This document shows positions 53,217-64,000 of a stretch of 64,000 nt of DNA, in pieces. A model generated the notes under the pieces. That model had not been told where the DNA came from, ran no database searches, and worked only from the letters and a program-made list of their open reading frames with translations. Within the stretch, counting starts at the first letter, position 1; the number at the start of each line of letters is the position of its first letter. A program made the translations under genes and the position numbers. The stretch lies in the sequence record PP885733.1. The stretch is one strand, 5' to 3'.

Positions 53217-55421
53217 TTATCGGTTTAACGGACGTCCAGTAAAGATACGAGCCACGTCACCTACAATCGAGTCGTTGACTGTGGCCGCAATGTTACTTGG
53301 CTGGAACATCTGTTTAACGTCAGTTCTGAAGCGAGTCAAGCGACGGTTCAAGTCGTTATAACGCAACATGGTATCCAGATAGTCAACACCCGCAACACGG
53401 TTAACCCAGTCGTTATACTTACCGATATCGCCCAGGTAACGAGAAGACTGCTTAGCAATGTTCACCAAGTCAAGTGGGTTCGTCACACGGTTGATTGGAA
53501 CAGAGAGAACTTTGTCCAAATCTGCGATAGTTAAGTTGACACGACAGTTACGAGGTTTCATGTCCGTAGTCCAACCTAATGGACCGATACCGAATTCAAT
53601 CGATGCGTTCTGAACAATACCAGTACGGATAATAGACTTACCACGAGAAAAGCACTTGATAAGGAATGGTGCTGTGTAGGTCGCACCACCAGTACTGAAT
53701 GGTGTCACGAATGGCATGATCAGAGACAACGGTAAGAACACGTTAGTCGCAATTGAGTATGGGTGTGCGTAAGGAGCTTCAAAGTAGAAACTGAAACTCT
53801 CACTGTGCAAGTTAGTAGAGGAGTCGGACCAGTGCTCAGCAATCTCTACACGAGAGTTACCCATAAGAGCAAGTGGTACGTTACCAATAACAGAACCTGC
53901 GGCCATACCTGCTACAGCTTCAGTGATCGTACTGACGAATCCATCGATAACACCGATACCTGTTACACCACCACCTGCGTTGAACTTAAAGTCCTGTACC
54001 GCAGTAACCGTGGAGTTAAAGGTATCAGCAAGGGCAGAGCTTGCTGTCTGGTTGGCAAAGGAGTCACTGACCGAGCTAGTTCCTTCATAACGGAACGTAA
54101 CACCATCAAGACCGCCATAGAAGCCGTCCATTAACAATTGGTATATCTGAGCAGACCAACCGCTCTCATCGAGATCTGGAGCCTGTGTCATTCCACCTGG
54201 AACTGTCCCGTCTAAAGAAGGAGATGGTTCCGCTGCTGCGTTAGACGTTGTGAGTTTAGCTTCGCCGTTATTATTAACCGCGTACTTAGTCGCAATGTCA
54301 CGAGCATAGGTAGAGTTAGAGGTACTTGTCTGAGAGAAGCTATCTGTAGGGTTGACGTTCATCCCCACATCGGCTGACAGATAAGAAGACGCAACTTCAG
54401 GGTATGACAGTTCTTCGTTATCCCCACCACGAATCGCACCAACTGTTTTCATTTCCTGCATGAGGTAGTCTTTAGAGCTAGTCCCCGCAGTGAAACCAGT
54501 GTTAGCATTCACGAAGCCTGAATCACGAATGAGCTTATTCAGTACACCCTGAATAGCTTTGTCTTTGTCATTGACGTTACGAATACCAGTAGTGTCGTCG
54601 AGCTCTTTGATCTTCTTCATGAAGTAACGGAACTTACGAACACCACGAGTACAGACTTTCAGAATGTCGACAGTACCATCCTCGTTAATAGCATCTGGAT
54701 ACAAACTGTGCATATAAGAGAGGTTGTTCTTAACAATCTGACTGTCTTTAAGATAACCTTTCTGCCCACCTTCCTGGTGGTCACGGTCACCCTTCTTCGT
54801 GTTACCCTGATCCTGACGGTCATTAGGCAGAACAGTTAACGAGTAACCGGCTGCGATCATCAGGTCGTTAAAGATACCCTGAGCCGCAATGAAGTACTGA
54901 CCCATAGCAGGCTTAGCGTAATACCACTTGTTCTTCGGTGTACCTGTCATGAACTCCAAGAAGTTGTATGACGTGGCAACAAGCTGCGCAGGCCAGAATG
55001 CAATTGCACCTGCTGCTTGACCGATGTAGTAAGCGGTAGAAGGAGCACGACCTTTGTTGGCAATGATCGATGCTGAGTAATCGAACATATTCATAATGAA
55101 CCCGAGGATACCTGTGAACTCAGGAACGCCTGCGGTTAACGTCACAGATTGTGCGTTGTCATTATGGATACGTTTGTAGTAACGTCCCATGTTACCCAGT
55201 TGGTTTTCCATTAATGGTTTCGGATGGGGATCCGTGTTCTTACCAAAACCAGGCAATGGGTTTACAAATTTGTTATCACCAATAGCTGTGGAGAAGAAAC
55301 TGGTATACAGATCGTAGTCCGACCTTACCAGAACAGCTTCGGGATCTTTCAGCCCTTCACTCATCAATCGGAATGAGCGACTGACAATGTTGGAATCCTT
55401 GAAAGGTAAATTTACGCTCAT
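53217..55421 (-). CDS. Tail/baseplate structural protein (phiKZ gp182-like by synteny)
   Basis: 734 aa directly downstream of the giant tail lysin; GAGG RBS. Confidence 0.7.
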   Translation of the reverse strand: MSVNLPFKDSNIVSRSFRLMSEGLKDPEAVLVRSDYDLYTSFFSTAIGDNKFVNPLPGFGKNTDPHPKPLMENQLGNMGRYYKRIHNDNAQSVTLTAGVPEFTGILGFIMNMFDYSASIIANKGRAPSTAYYIGQAAGAIAFWPAQLVATSYNFLEFMTGTPKNKWYYAKPAMGQYFIAAQGIFNDLMIAAGYSLTVLPNDRQDQGNTKKGDRDHQEGGQKGYLKDSQIVKNNLSYMHSLYPDAINEDGTVDILKVCTRGVRKFRYFMKKIKELDDTTGIRNVNDKDKAIQGVLNKLIRDSGFVNANTGFTAGTSSKDYLMQEMKTVGAIRGGDNEELSYPEVASSYLSADVGMNVNPTDSFSQTSTSNSTYARDIATKYAVNNNGEAKLTTSNAAAEPSPSLDGTVPGGMTQAPDLDESGWSAQIYQLLMDGFYGGLDGVTFRYEGTSSVSDSFANQTASSALADTFNSTVTAVQDFKFNAGGGVTGIGVIDGFVSTITEAVAGMAAGSVIGNVPLALMGNSRVEIAEHWSDSSTNLHSESFSFYFEAPYAHPYSIATNVFLPLSLIMPFVTPFSTGGATYTAPFLIKCFSRGKSIIRTGIVQNASIEFGIGPLGWTTDMKPRNCRVNLTIADLDKVLSVPINRVTNPLDLVNIAKQSSRYLGDIGKYNDWVNRVAGVDYLDTMLRYNDLNRRLTRFRTDVKQMFQPSNIAATVNDSIVGDVARIFTGRPLNR

Positions 55422-55439
55422 CGTAACCTCTATAAAGTA

Positions 55440-55459
55440 GAAGGGGCCGAAGCCCCCTC
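55440..55459 (-). terminator. Hairpin after the tail lysin gene
   Basis: GGGGC-TTCG-GCCCC on the minus strand. Confidence 0.55.
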
Positions 55460-55462
55460 ATC

Positions 55463-58400
55463 TTAACGCATATCCACTATTGAGTTACCGTCGCCTCTGT
55501 TCTGACCTTTAACCAACTGAGTCAGCAATGCGTTAGTCTGGCCGAGAGCGGCCGCAACTGTAGCATCGGTGGTCTGGAGGTTATCAGGGATGTTAACCTG
55601 AGGTACTGGGGCAGGTCCTTTATCAACAGGAGCAGCAGGAGCCGCTTGCGCTGAGGATACAGAAGGACTACCAGTGGTATTGGAGCCACCACTTGGTTCT
55701 GCCGCAGGGGTCGCTGGTTTGGCATTCGCCGCAAGAGCATCAGCAGCTGGAGTGCCAGGAGCAGATGGATCAAGAGACGATGCAGATCCAGAAGACGAGG
55801 ACCCTACATTAGATGGTTGCTTAGACTGATCAGCTTCTGCAAGCAGTTCTGACACAGTCTTACCTGGCTTACCGACAGTTTGTTCGTCAGCTTTCTGCTC
55901 TGGCGGAACGTTCTTATCGGAAGCTGCTGGAGGTTGACTCTGTTGAGCTAACATTGGATCAGCTGCGTCTGGATCGGCGTTCGCTGCATTAGCCGCATCA
56001 TCACCCAAGTCAATGTCACCACTACGGAGTTTATTGAGGTAATCGTTATAATACTTACGACGCTCATCAGTAGCAGGTACAGCGTTACCGCCGTTAATCC
56101 CACGTACCGCTGTGTCGAAGTCACCTGTCTTAGCAATAGACTTCATTGCTGCGTTGTTCTTCAGATACCAAACAGCAGATTCTGCCATAACGTTCGGATC
56201 TTCGGAAACCAGACGAGGATTACTTACAACGTCGATGCCTGTATCTTTCTTGAACTTCTCGTAGTTAGCTTTACCAGTTAACTGGAAGAAACCACGACCA
56301 CGATAATCCCATCCATCTTCAGGTTTCGAGTTACCCAGCTGAGGACCTTTCGGTGCTCGACCGTAAACCCACATTGCACGTTCAGCCGGAGACATTGCCG
56401 CGACCTTCTGTGCAGTGGCTGCATCAGGAACGTTTTTGAAGTACTTCAGAAGCGTAGGTGCTGACCAGTTGGTATTTTCAACCGTACTCTGGTAACCACC
56501 GGTTTCTTTACGAGCCATTGCGAGAGCAAGTGCCAGGACTTTGTTGTCCTTGAAACCAGCTTTGACAAGATGGTTAAGCATGAGTTTCTCACCCTGCTCC
56601 AACGACATCTTGACACCTTTATCTTCACCGGCTTTCTTGATGAACTCTGGGTTAAAGTTTTCGTTTGCCTTACCCATAAACTCACCAGCTGAACCTGGAG
56701 CACCACCCGGAGCTGACATAGTCGCATTCGGATAGTAACCACCTTGGCTCATTGCCGTACCAGCAGGACCATTGAAGCCCGGCATTGGTGAAGCACCACC
56801 AGTTGGATTCGAAGAAGCGTTAGCCGTCTTAAGCTTGATATCCAGATCTTTACGCTTAGCTTCGTCGGCTTCTTTATCTCTCTGGAATTTCTGAGGATCC
56901 TTCTCTTCCATAGTCCGAGAGTTCATGTCTTCCAGTTCAGGATCACGTAAGCGAGCTTGTTGTGCTTTAGCATCCAAGATAGCCAGATACTTAGTTGCAC
57001 GGTCAGACCACTTACCAGATTTCGAGTTAGGGAATGGTGAAGCTTCAACTTCCCAGATAGAAACCTGTTGATCATTCACGTTGATAAGTTGTTCTGTCAG
57101 AGAGTGGGCAATCAGAGCACGGTTAGTTGCGCTCAGTGATTTCCAGCCAACTGCTGGTAAAGTGCCTTTATACTTCTTGACACCTTTAACGTAGGTCATG
57201 AGGATCGGAAGGAAACGATCACGGAACCACGCCATCCAGTTGTTGCTTGCAATATCGTTGTCGATACGGAAGCTTGCTTTAAACAACTCAAGGACTTGAC
57301 CAGACTTACCAGTGAAACGAGCATCATCACCCATCACCATGATGAAGTTTTCCATGTAACGCTCTAACCGCAGAACAGCAGCAACACGCCAAGGCATGTT
57401 ATCGATGTTACCATATGCGGCAAGACGAGTCATTACGAATGGATCCATCGCAGTGTCACCACCTGGCATCAAGTCACTGATATCAATCTCAGTAACCTTA
57501 GCAGATTGTTGGAACTTAGCCCCAATGGCTTGTTGGGATGCGAGTGCAGCTTGGGCACCGAGTTTATCCTGAGCGGCCATTTCGTGAGTAGGGGCGGACT
57601 GTACAGTCGTACCTTTCACTTCAGCTGCTTTGGTACCGGTAGCATCAGTAGCGATCTTTTCCACATCTTCGGAAGGAGCAGGGAAGTCCTTCTTCAGGTT
57701 CTCAAACATATTACCGATAGCGTGACGAGTAAGTTCCTCGTTCATTAAACCGACATCACTGTCGATGCGCATATCGATGTTGTATGGATAAGGATCCATA
57801 GTGGCGATTGCTTGCTGTACTCGTTCGATGACCTGAACGACATCAAACTTCTTAGCCATATCAAACTCATCCAGATCGCCCATCTTCGCAACAGACACTG
57901 CTGCGTTGAACATTAGGAAGATCGGTTTGAAACGAGATTGATACCAACCAGCTACTGCGTTCTTATCGTTGAATGGTGTAGCTTCTGCTTGCATGAACTG
58001 AGCAAGGATTTTCTCGATTGGAGTATCCGGTTTCAGACTTGCGCGATCACCACGGATTTGTACCCATGGATACAGAAGTTTCTCAAGAAGAAGAATACGA
58101 CGACCCAGAGAAGAACGAATGTTGTTGACACCATACATCGCAAGACGGATGCTACGTTGACGGGATGGCTTATTCAGATTACTGATTTGACCGAACCCTT
58201 CTTTGTCACCACCAATACCACGAACATCATCTTCGTGTTGTTCCATCTCATCACGCTTCAGGAAGAACTTACCATCCGAGGACCAGAACAAACCGTAGTT
58301 GTTCCATTTGTCCATCGTGTCGGATCCTACCAATGCGTTAGCGCCAGCGTTAGCCAACTGACCTTGTGGGAGCCATTGTGTCATTGCATCAAACACAACG

Positions 58401-61400
58401 TCACCACCAGTACGGTAATGGCCCGTAGCTGGGTCACGTTCACCCATGGAGATGTCGGCTTCACCGGTAGGGGATGATTCCCCTTCACCTAAAGCTTGAG
58501 CACCTAAGTAACTCAGACCGGTACCGATTGCCATTGACATTGGGTTACCGATTCTGAATCTTCCACGAGGTTTACCACCACGAGCTGGCTTACCGCCTTT
58601 GGTCTTGGAACCTTTCTTCTTCTTACCTGATTGGCCGTGTTGATCAACACCATCGCCACCGAGATCTCCAAGAGCGTCCATACCCGCTTTAGCAGCACGA
58701 CCACCGATGAAGGCTTTCGCCAAACCAGTGAAGCCCCACTTGAGCAGCTTATAGATAGGAGATGCGGCGCCTAAGACGCCAGAGAACATCATCCCACCAA
58801 TCTTAGCCAAACGAGAAGCAGACTTCGTCAGTGATCCGAAGACCAGACTACCGATAGTCCCGATTGGGTTCTTGATGAGGTTCATGCCAAATGTAGCGAT
58901 TCCACCGAGCATACCTTTCAACTTGCCGAAGAAACCACCTTTCTCTTCTTCCTTGCCTTCGCCAGATCCGAGACCTTCGGTATTTTCAGCGATCTTGATG
59001 ATTGCTTCATTTACCTTGTGTTTCTCATCCTGTTCTTTCTGACGAGCTTTAAAGGAGAGAGAGTTTAAACGGAACGGGTTACCAGAAGAAGCTCCACCAG
59101 TACTACCACCAGAAGCAGCAGCTGCTCCAGAGGCAGACGCCATCGCAGCATCGAGTCCTTCATCAGGAATACTGATACCGAACTGTTGCTCCAGAAGTTT
59201 GTAGATACGATCTAAACGACGCTCTACTCCTGAAGATGACGCGAAACTTGCTCCACCAGGCTTTCCAGCATCGGCCGGACCTTTTGCATAGCCGAATCTA
59301 CCCAGGAGGGAATCGAATCCGGTTTTAGCCAGTCCGGCTGCAGTACCAGCCAAATTAGCAGCCATGCCGCCCACATTACGTACAGCAGCACCTGTAGCGG
59401 TGATAAGTCCGGCTTCAAACTCTTGATCAGTAACCAGTTGATTACCTTTCTCATCATAGACCGCACCATTGATTTCGTTCCACCCGGAGATAGACTTAAA
59501 TTCGTTATTCTCATTACGAATGTAGTACTCGCCGGATTTAAACTTGATAGCCAGCAGACGAGGTTCAGAATCACCCCTGACATAAACGTCTTGCTGATAG
59601 ATGAGGGATTTACCCATCGCTACCATGCCCTTAATACGCCCGATTGGATCGGTAGCATTCCAAGCGCCGATTGCAGCATCCTTAGCACGTTTCAAACCGC
59701 TCAGCACAACAGCACGACCATCAGGGCCAAAGATCTTAGCACCTAAGTCACGCACACCGATTACGGTCTTAGAGATGACGTCATAGATGGGACCTTTGAT
59801 ATCGCGCCATGTCTTAATAACACGACGGGTTACCGCGTCAACGTAATCCCCTGCTTTAAGCTTGGAGGAACGCAGAAGAGGTTCACCTTTCTCATCAAGG
59901 ATATCTTCTTCGTCTGAAGGCTCGGCACCCGCGCCCATGGATTTAGCAGCAGCGTCCACTCGACCCCAATACTGAACAACACCACCTGCCAGTAAACCGG
60001 CACCCGCTACAGAAGCAGCAAGAAGTGGATTGCTAATAAAGGAAGATGAAATACCACCCAACATACCGCCAAGAATCAGAGGACTGTTATTGGTTAAGAA
60101 CTCCATGCCTTTGGTCATCATTCCTGGCGGGAATTTAGACTTCACAGCTTCCCAAATAGAAAGCTTGGCTTGTTCTTCCTCACGTTCTTCTTTGAGGGTG
60201 AGTTTACCAACCAACAGTTTACCTGCGGCAGCCATCTCATAGAAGTCGCCCATAAGCTGCGCCAGTTTAGTAGTGTTGGCAAGAATGCCTTCATTACTAT
60301 CTTTAATCGCGCTCAGTTCACCTGTAGCGGTATCAAAGTTAACCAGCTGACCTTTTGCTTGCTGTTGAGCATCGATGCTTGTAGCGAGCGCGGAGAGACG
60401 TTCATTGAGACTTGCTAATGCGTTGTTGAGTTCTGGATCTCCACCTTGAGTAATAATCGGAGGTGAACCAGAAGCACCTGGGATAGAACCACGAGTAGGG
60501 GCAGATGTCCCACGAGTTCCACCAGTTACTGCACCACGCAGGGTTGGGTTGTTTGGGTCATCCATATACTGGCCGATGCGATCATGGAAGACCTGGACGT
60601 TAATTTTGTCAACACCGTTCTCGTTATAAATAACGCCGATGTCACGCAGCATTTGTTCGTTACCCGTTTGACGAAGTAGGTTAATACGTTCGGCAATGTT
60701 CGGATAGTTCTTCATCAAGTTCTCTGCTGCTGAAGCAGATTTCGCTAAACGCTCACGACCTTTACGGGTCGGCATACGAGAAGCAATTTTAACCTGACCG
60801 AAGGAGTCTGCGTTGTTAAAGGCTTCGACATCTTCATCCTTGATACCGAAGTGAATCTTCATGATGTCATGAACTTCTTTCTGATGCGCGGCAGACATTC
60901 CCGGAATGTTACCTAAGTAATAGAACGGGTTGAATGCCTTCTCGGCATCCACGTCTTTAGCGATCTGAAGTGCTAATGCTTTCTTTGCGCCAGATGACAG
61001 ATAACCTTTAGGATCAAGGTCCTCAACCATAGCCATTGCAGCAGAAGCAAAGTTCTTGAAATCAGAATGTGGCATGAGGTCAGCTTGTACAGTCGTCTTA
61101 CGGTCAGAGTCCTTCATGAACTGACCACGCATGTAGTTATAGCTTACCTTCTCAACATCATCGCGGCCTGTACGAATCTGTTCGAGGATCTGAACCTGTT
61201 GTGACAGGAGACCAGGAATAACTTCGTTCAGGGTAATGTTGTTCATCTCTTTCCAGATACCTGGTTGAGAGAGATCACGAACATCACGTTGTTTGATGGT
61301 ATACTGAGTACCACGAGCTTTACCAACATCCACCATAATGGAGTTGATCTTACTCTTAAGAATGTTACCAGCAGAGTTGGTGACTTTCCAGACGTTCTTA

Positions 61401-62716
61401 GGGATTGGTTTCTCATCTGGACCGAGAGAACTCAAGTAGTCCTCGTAGTCGTAGAACTTCATCTCATCCATAGGCTGATAGTTATCCGCCATACGGTTGA
61501 TCATTCCAGGACCAGCCATTGATACGTAAGAAACCACGTTACCCATATCAGTTAACTGTTTAACCTGACCGCGAATCCATTTCGCTTGCTTCGGGTTATT
61601 CTTCATTAACTTATCGATCATCTTCTTACCGCCACCATGGGTGAAGTAATAAGGAAGCTGTTCGATTGCAACGCCTGCGACCATTTGGCCCAGCATGTCA
61701 CCGATAGTGCCGCGACTCATTTCGCCCGCACCCATATCGAGACCCATTGCTGCACCGCCTACCAGGTCACCCACTGAACCGTAGAGATCTTTACGAGCTG
61801 ACGAACCAAAGCGAGTACGGACATATTCGCCCAAACCGCCCATACGACGACCTACTGCGCTGAAGAGTCCATCTCGAGCTGCAGCTTTAGTCGCACTATA
61901 CATCGACGTCTTTTCGAAGTCACTCATCGCGGTATTTTCAACGATAAGTTTAAGCTGTTTCACTTCAGCATGAATACCTGCTTCCATGAACTTATAGAAC
62001 TTAGACGATTGAACATACTGGCGGGCTGTTAAGTTAAGCATCGCTTGATCCATGCGAGCTTGAACGTTACGTTGGTATGACAGCATATCACGAATACCAC
62101 CTTCGATATTCACGAGCTGTCGGTTACCACCCATAATAGTAGACTGGAGGCTAGCTGTTGCAGCCGCAGTCATTTGGTTGAGGGAATCACCGAGTGCAGA
62201 GAACATTGAACTCTGAGCGCCGAGTGCTCGTTCTTGAGCATACTCAACTTCATCGTCTTGAGCATCATCCATGCCTTCGAGACGTTCTTGTCCAAGTTCG
62301 ATTTTTTCCCAGTCAGAGAAATCCTTTTCACTGAATTTGTTAATACCATCATTAAGGAAATTAGGCATCTTATCGGACATTTTTTCCGATATGTGACCTG
62401 CAATGCTTTGTAATGATTTAACGGTCTGGGCATTCTCGTTCTGGAATTCTGTCTTGAGTTCCTGGTAGCGATCGTTAATGAACGCTGCCTTATCAAGAGC
62501 ATTTGAGAATGTACTCGGTAATATAGTACGAAGCGATCTAATCTTAGCATCGGTCGTACCAACAGTTCCGTCTGTGAGTCCGGTCAAGAACCCCGATGTG
62601 AACCCACCAAGAAAACTCTTCTTGGCATTTGGATCCATGTCGAAGTCCATATCGAAACCGTAGTCCCCGTCGAACATGTCGTCCGAGTCCCAATCGATCT
62701 CAAAATCATCTTTCAT
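55463..62716 (-). CDS. Tape-measure-like tail protein with GH19 lysozyme domain (phiKZ gp181-like)
   Basis: 2417 aa, helical and Gly-rich. Near the C-terminus: KETGG, YRGRGFFQLTGKANY, SAVWY and INGG (GH19). Divergent from the RNAP beta' gene. Confidence 0.85.
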   Translation of the reverse strand: MKDDFEIDWDSDDMFDGDYGFDMDFDMDPNAKKSFLGGFTSGFLTGLTDGTVGTTDAKIRSLRTILPSTFSNALDKAAFINDRYQELKTEFQNENAQTVKSLQSIAGHISEKMSDKMPNFLNDGINKFSEKDFSDWEKIELGQERLEGMDDAQDDEVEYAQERALGAQSSMFSALGDSLNQMTAAATASLQSTIMGGNRQLVNIEGGIRDMLSYQRNVQARMDQAMLNLTARQYVQSSKFYKFMEAGIHAEVKQLKLIVENTAMSDFEKTSMYSATKAAARDGLFSAVGRRMGGLGEYVRTRFGSSARKDLYGSVGDLVGGAAMGLDMGAGEMSRGTIGDMLGQMVAGVAIEQLPYYFTHGGGKKMIDKLMKNNPKQAKWIRGQVKQLTDMGNVVSYVSMAGPGMINRMADNYQPMDEMKFYDYEDYLSSLGPDEKPIPKNVWKVTNSAGNILKSKINSIMVDVGKARGTQYTIKQRDVRDLSQPGIWKEMNNITLNEVIPGLLSQQVQILEQIRTGRDDVEKVSYNYMRGQFMKDSDRKTTVQADLMPHSDFKNFASAAMAMVEDLDPKGYLSSGAKKALALQIAKDVDAEKAFNPFYYLGNIPGMSAAHQKEVHDIMKIHFGIKDEDVEAFNNADSFGQVKIASRMPTRKGRERLAKSASAAENLMKNYPNIAERINLLRQTGNEQMLRDIGVIYNENGVDKINVQVFHDRIGQYMDDPNNPTLRGAVTGGTRGTSAPTRGSIPGASGSPPIITQGGDPELNNALASLNERLSALATSIDAQQQAKGQLVNFDTATGELSAIKDSNEGILANTTKLAQLMGDFYEMAAAGKLLVGKLTLKEEREEEQAKLSIWEAVKSKFPPGMMTKGMEFLTNNSPLILGGMLGGISSSFISNPLLAASVAGAGLLAGGVVQYWGRVDAAAKSMGAGAEPSDEEDILDEKGEPLLRSSKLKAGDYVDAVTRRVIKTWRDIKGPIYDVISKTVIGVRDLGAKIFGPDGRAVVLSGLKRAKDAAIGAWNATDPIGRIKGMVAMGKSLIYQQDVYVRGDSEPRLLAIKFKSGEYYIRNENNEFKSISGWNEINGAVYDEKGNQLVTDQEFEAGLITATGAAVRNVGGMAANLAGTAAGLAKTGFDSLLGRFGYAKGPADAGKPGGASFASSSGVERRLDRIYKLLEQQFGISIPDEGLDAAMASASGAAAASGGSTGGASSGNPFRLNSLSFKARQKEQDEKHKVNEAIIKIAENTEGLGSGEGKEEEKGGFFGKLKGMLGGIATFGMNLIKNPIGTIGSLVFGSLTKSASRLAKIGGMMFSGVLGAASPIYKLLKWGFTGLAKAFIGGRAAKAGMDALGDLGGDGVDQHGQSGKKKKGSKTKGGKPARGGKPRGRFRIGNPMSMAIGTGLSYLGAQALGEGESSPTGEADISMGERDPATGHYRTGGDVVFDAMTQWLPQGQLANAGANALVGSDTMDKWNNYGLFWSSDGKFFLKRDEMEQHEDDVRGIGGDKEGFGQISNLNKPSRQRSIRLAMYGVNNIRSSLGRRILLLEKLLYPWVQIRGDRASLKPDTPIEKILAQFMQAEATPFNDKNAVAGWYQSRFKPIFLMFNAAVSVAKMGDLDEFDMAKKFDVVQVIERVQQAIATMDPYPYNIDMRIDSDVGLMNEELTRHAIGNMFENLKKDFPAPSEDVEKIATDATGTKAAEVKGTTVQSAPTHEMAAQDKLGAQAALASQQAIGAKFQQSAKVTEIDISDLMPGGDTAMDPFVMTRLAAYGNIDNMPWRVAAVLRLERYMENFIMVMGDDARFTGKSGQVLELFKASFRIDNDIASNNWMAWFRDRFLPILMTYVKGVKKYKGTLPAVGWKSLSATNRALIAHSLTEQLINVNDQQVSIWEVEASPFPNSKSGKWSDRATKYLAILDAKAQQARLRDPELEDMNSRTMEEKDPQKFQRDKEADEAKRKDLDIKLKTANASSNPTGGASPMPGFNGPAGTAMSQGGYYPNATMSAPGGAPGSAGEFMGKANENFNPEFIKKAGEDKGVKMSLEQGEKLMLNHLVKAGFKDNKVLALALAMARKETGGYQSTVENTNWSAPTLLKYFKNVPDAATAQKVAAMSPAERAMWVYGRAPKGPQLGNSKPEDGWDYRGRGFFQLTGKANYEKFKKDTGIDVVSNPRLVSEDPNVMAESAVWYLKNNAAMKSIAKTGDFDTAVRGINGGNAVPATDERRKYYNDYLNKLRSGDIDLGDDAANAANADPDAADPMLAQQSQPPAASDKNVPPEQKADEQTVGKPGKTVSELLAEADQSKQPSNVGSSSSGSASSLDPSAPGTPAADALAANAKPATPAAEPSGGSNTTGSPSVSSAQAAPAAPVDKGPAPVPQVNIPDNLQTTDATVAAALGQTNALLTQLVKGQNRGDGNSIVDMR

Positions 62717-62740
62717 ATAAACCTCGTTAGGAAATCACTA

Positions 62741-64000
62741 ATGGCCAGAAAACCTACTAACTTTACCTTGCTTGATCCCAGCAAGGTACCGTGGCAATTA
62801 ATGCGGCCTGTCACAGTGGCAGACACATTTGAAGGTCAAACGAGTAACCTCAACGATGATGGTCTTTATTCAACAGCAATCTTCGGACGCGTTGGTACCG
62901 ACGAGCGTGATAAAACTGAATCATACATTGATGTAACTCTCCCAATATTCAACCCGACGTATTTTAAAGCGCTCATCCAACTTAAGAGCTTATACGGCGA
63001 AATCATCCGTGGGCGGGCATATGCCATTTGGGATGACACCGAGAAGGATTTCATAAAATCCAACATCATCGATGGCGATACTGGATTCGCTTTCTTTATG
63101 TCTCACTTTAACCAGTTGGATCCTAAACAAAACGAATCCTTTAAACGTAAACAGAAGATCGACCTGGTTAACGGTTTCAAAGACCGTGCTCTGTCGAGTA
63201 AGATTCTGGTTATGCCAGCGGGTATTCGTGATGTGGAGATTGCCCCTGGTACGGCGATGGTTACTGAGAATGAAATCAACGACCTTTACCGTAAACTGAT
63301 CTTCCGTAGTAAATCCCTGAACGTGAAGAACGTTGACTTTGAGGACCCGGTATATGACAACATCCGCTGGGGTCTTCAGGAAAGCTTCAACAACATCGGC
63401 GACTTCCTGTTTAAGATGCAGGAAGGTAAGCGTGGCTTTATGCAACGCCGCATGTCCCGTCGTTCCATCTTCGGCGCAACTCGTAACGTAATCACATCCC
63501 GTAAAGTTTCTGTTGAGGATTGTGACAACAACGTAACTGGGGATCCGAACTCCACCATCATCGGTTTGTATCAAGCCCTGCTCGGATTCAACTTAGTTGC
63601 TATCTACGAGCTCACCAATGGCTTCCTGAGCGACGTGTTCACTCCAGGTATGGCAATGGCACGCTTGGTCGATCCGAAGACTCTCAAGAGCACCTACGTA
63701 GAAGTAGATCCTCTTGCTGTTGACAAGTGGACTTCCTCCGATGGCCTGACTTCTCTGTTCAACGGATATGGTTCTCCAAACCTTCGTAACCGTGACATCA
63801 AAATCGCTGGACATTATCTCGGTCTGGTGTATGATGATGGTAAGAAAGTTATGCTCCTGCATGACATCGATGACTTACCAGAAGGCTGGGACCGTAAACA
63901 CGTTCGTCCAGTAACTTACACGCAGTTCTTCTACATGCAGACCGTTAAGGCCATTGAGAAGAAAATGTTGCAAGTTACTCGATACCCAATTACTGGGATA
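62741..64000 (+). CDS. Virion RNA polymerase beta' subunit, N-terminal fragment (phiKZ gp180-like; runs off window end)
   Basis: Manual translation MARKPTNFTLLDP...DGLYSTAIFGRVG...KILVMPAGIRD...EGKRGFMQRRMSRRSIFGATRNVIT...VTRYPITG is open to the end. Missed by the ORF track. Confidence 0.85.
   Translation, partial: MARKPTNFTLLDPSKVPWQLMRPVTVADTFEGQTSNLNDDGLYSTAIFGRVGTDERDKTESYIDVTLPIFNPTYFKALIQLKSLYGEIIRGRAYAIWDDTEKDFIKSNIIDGDTGFAFFMSHFNQLDPKQNESFKRKQKIDLVNGFKDRALSSKILVMPAGIRDVEIAPGTAMVTENEINDLYRKLIFRSKSLNVKNVDFEDPVYDNIRWGLQESFNNIGDFLFKMQEGKRGFMQRRMSRRSIFGATRNVITSRKVSVEDCDNNVTGDPNSTIIGLYQALLGFNLVAIYELTNGFLSDVFTPGMAMARLVDPKTLKSTYVEVDPLAVDKWTSSDGLTSLFNGYGSPNLRNRDIKIAGHYLGLVYDDGKKVMLLHDIDDLPEGWDRKHVRPVTYTQFFYMQTVKAIEKKMLQVTRYPITGI

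Noticed and set aside
62990-63862. Minus-strand ORFs 62990-63574 and 63593-63862
   Set aside because: Antisense to the uninterrupted RNAP beta' reading frame.
1-64000. tRNA, rRNA, integrase, transposase, reverse transcriptase/DGR, intron or intein
   Set aside because: No diagnostic motifs seen by eye. tRNAscan-SE and Infernal would be needed to exclude RNA genes formally.

Overview
This window is a 64-kb segment of a phiKZ-like (Chimalliviridae-type) jumbo phage genome, probably infecting a gammaproteobacterium. Hallmark genes support this: split virion RNA polymerase subunits (beta C-terminal fragment at 48394-49071, beta' N-terminal fragment from 62741, missed by the ORF track), a 2417-aa tail protein with a GH19 lysozyme domain, a UvsX recombinase, an SNF2-type helicase, an RNase H-like protein, an internal-head-type protein and a GroEL-like chaperonin. 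Positions 1-14.2 kb hold three large minus-strand modular virion or fibre-like genes, including a >2449-aa ORF missed by the ORF track. Positions 15.9-37.3 kb are a mostly plus-strand accessory region driven by a repeated ATATTAY early-type promoter, with many small envelope proteins and a dTTP-supply set (nrdB, ferredoxin, thyA, DHFR, tdk, HAD phosphatase). The most unusual signals are: a tandem array of FlbD/LytTR-like small domains; a peptidoglycan-binding-domain/GNAT fusion next to a stand-alone PGBD-like gene; a four-member family sharing one N-terminal domain on cargoes from about 200 to >2400 aa; near-identical CATA-hairpin-TATG elements at convergent gene junctions; and an apparently catalytically degenerate RNase H. 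No tRNA, CRISPR array, integrase or transposase was recognised. Protein family calls are by-eye motif recognition, not database searches.
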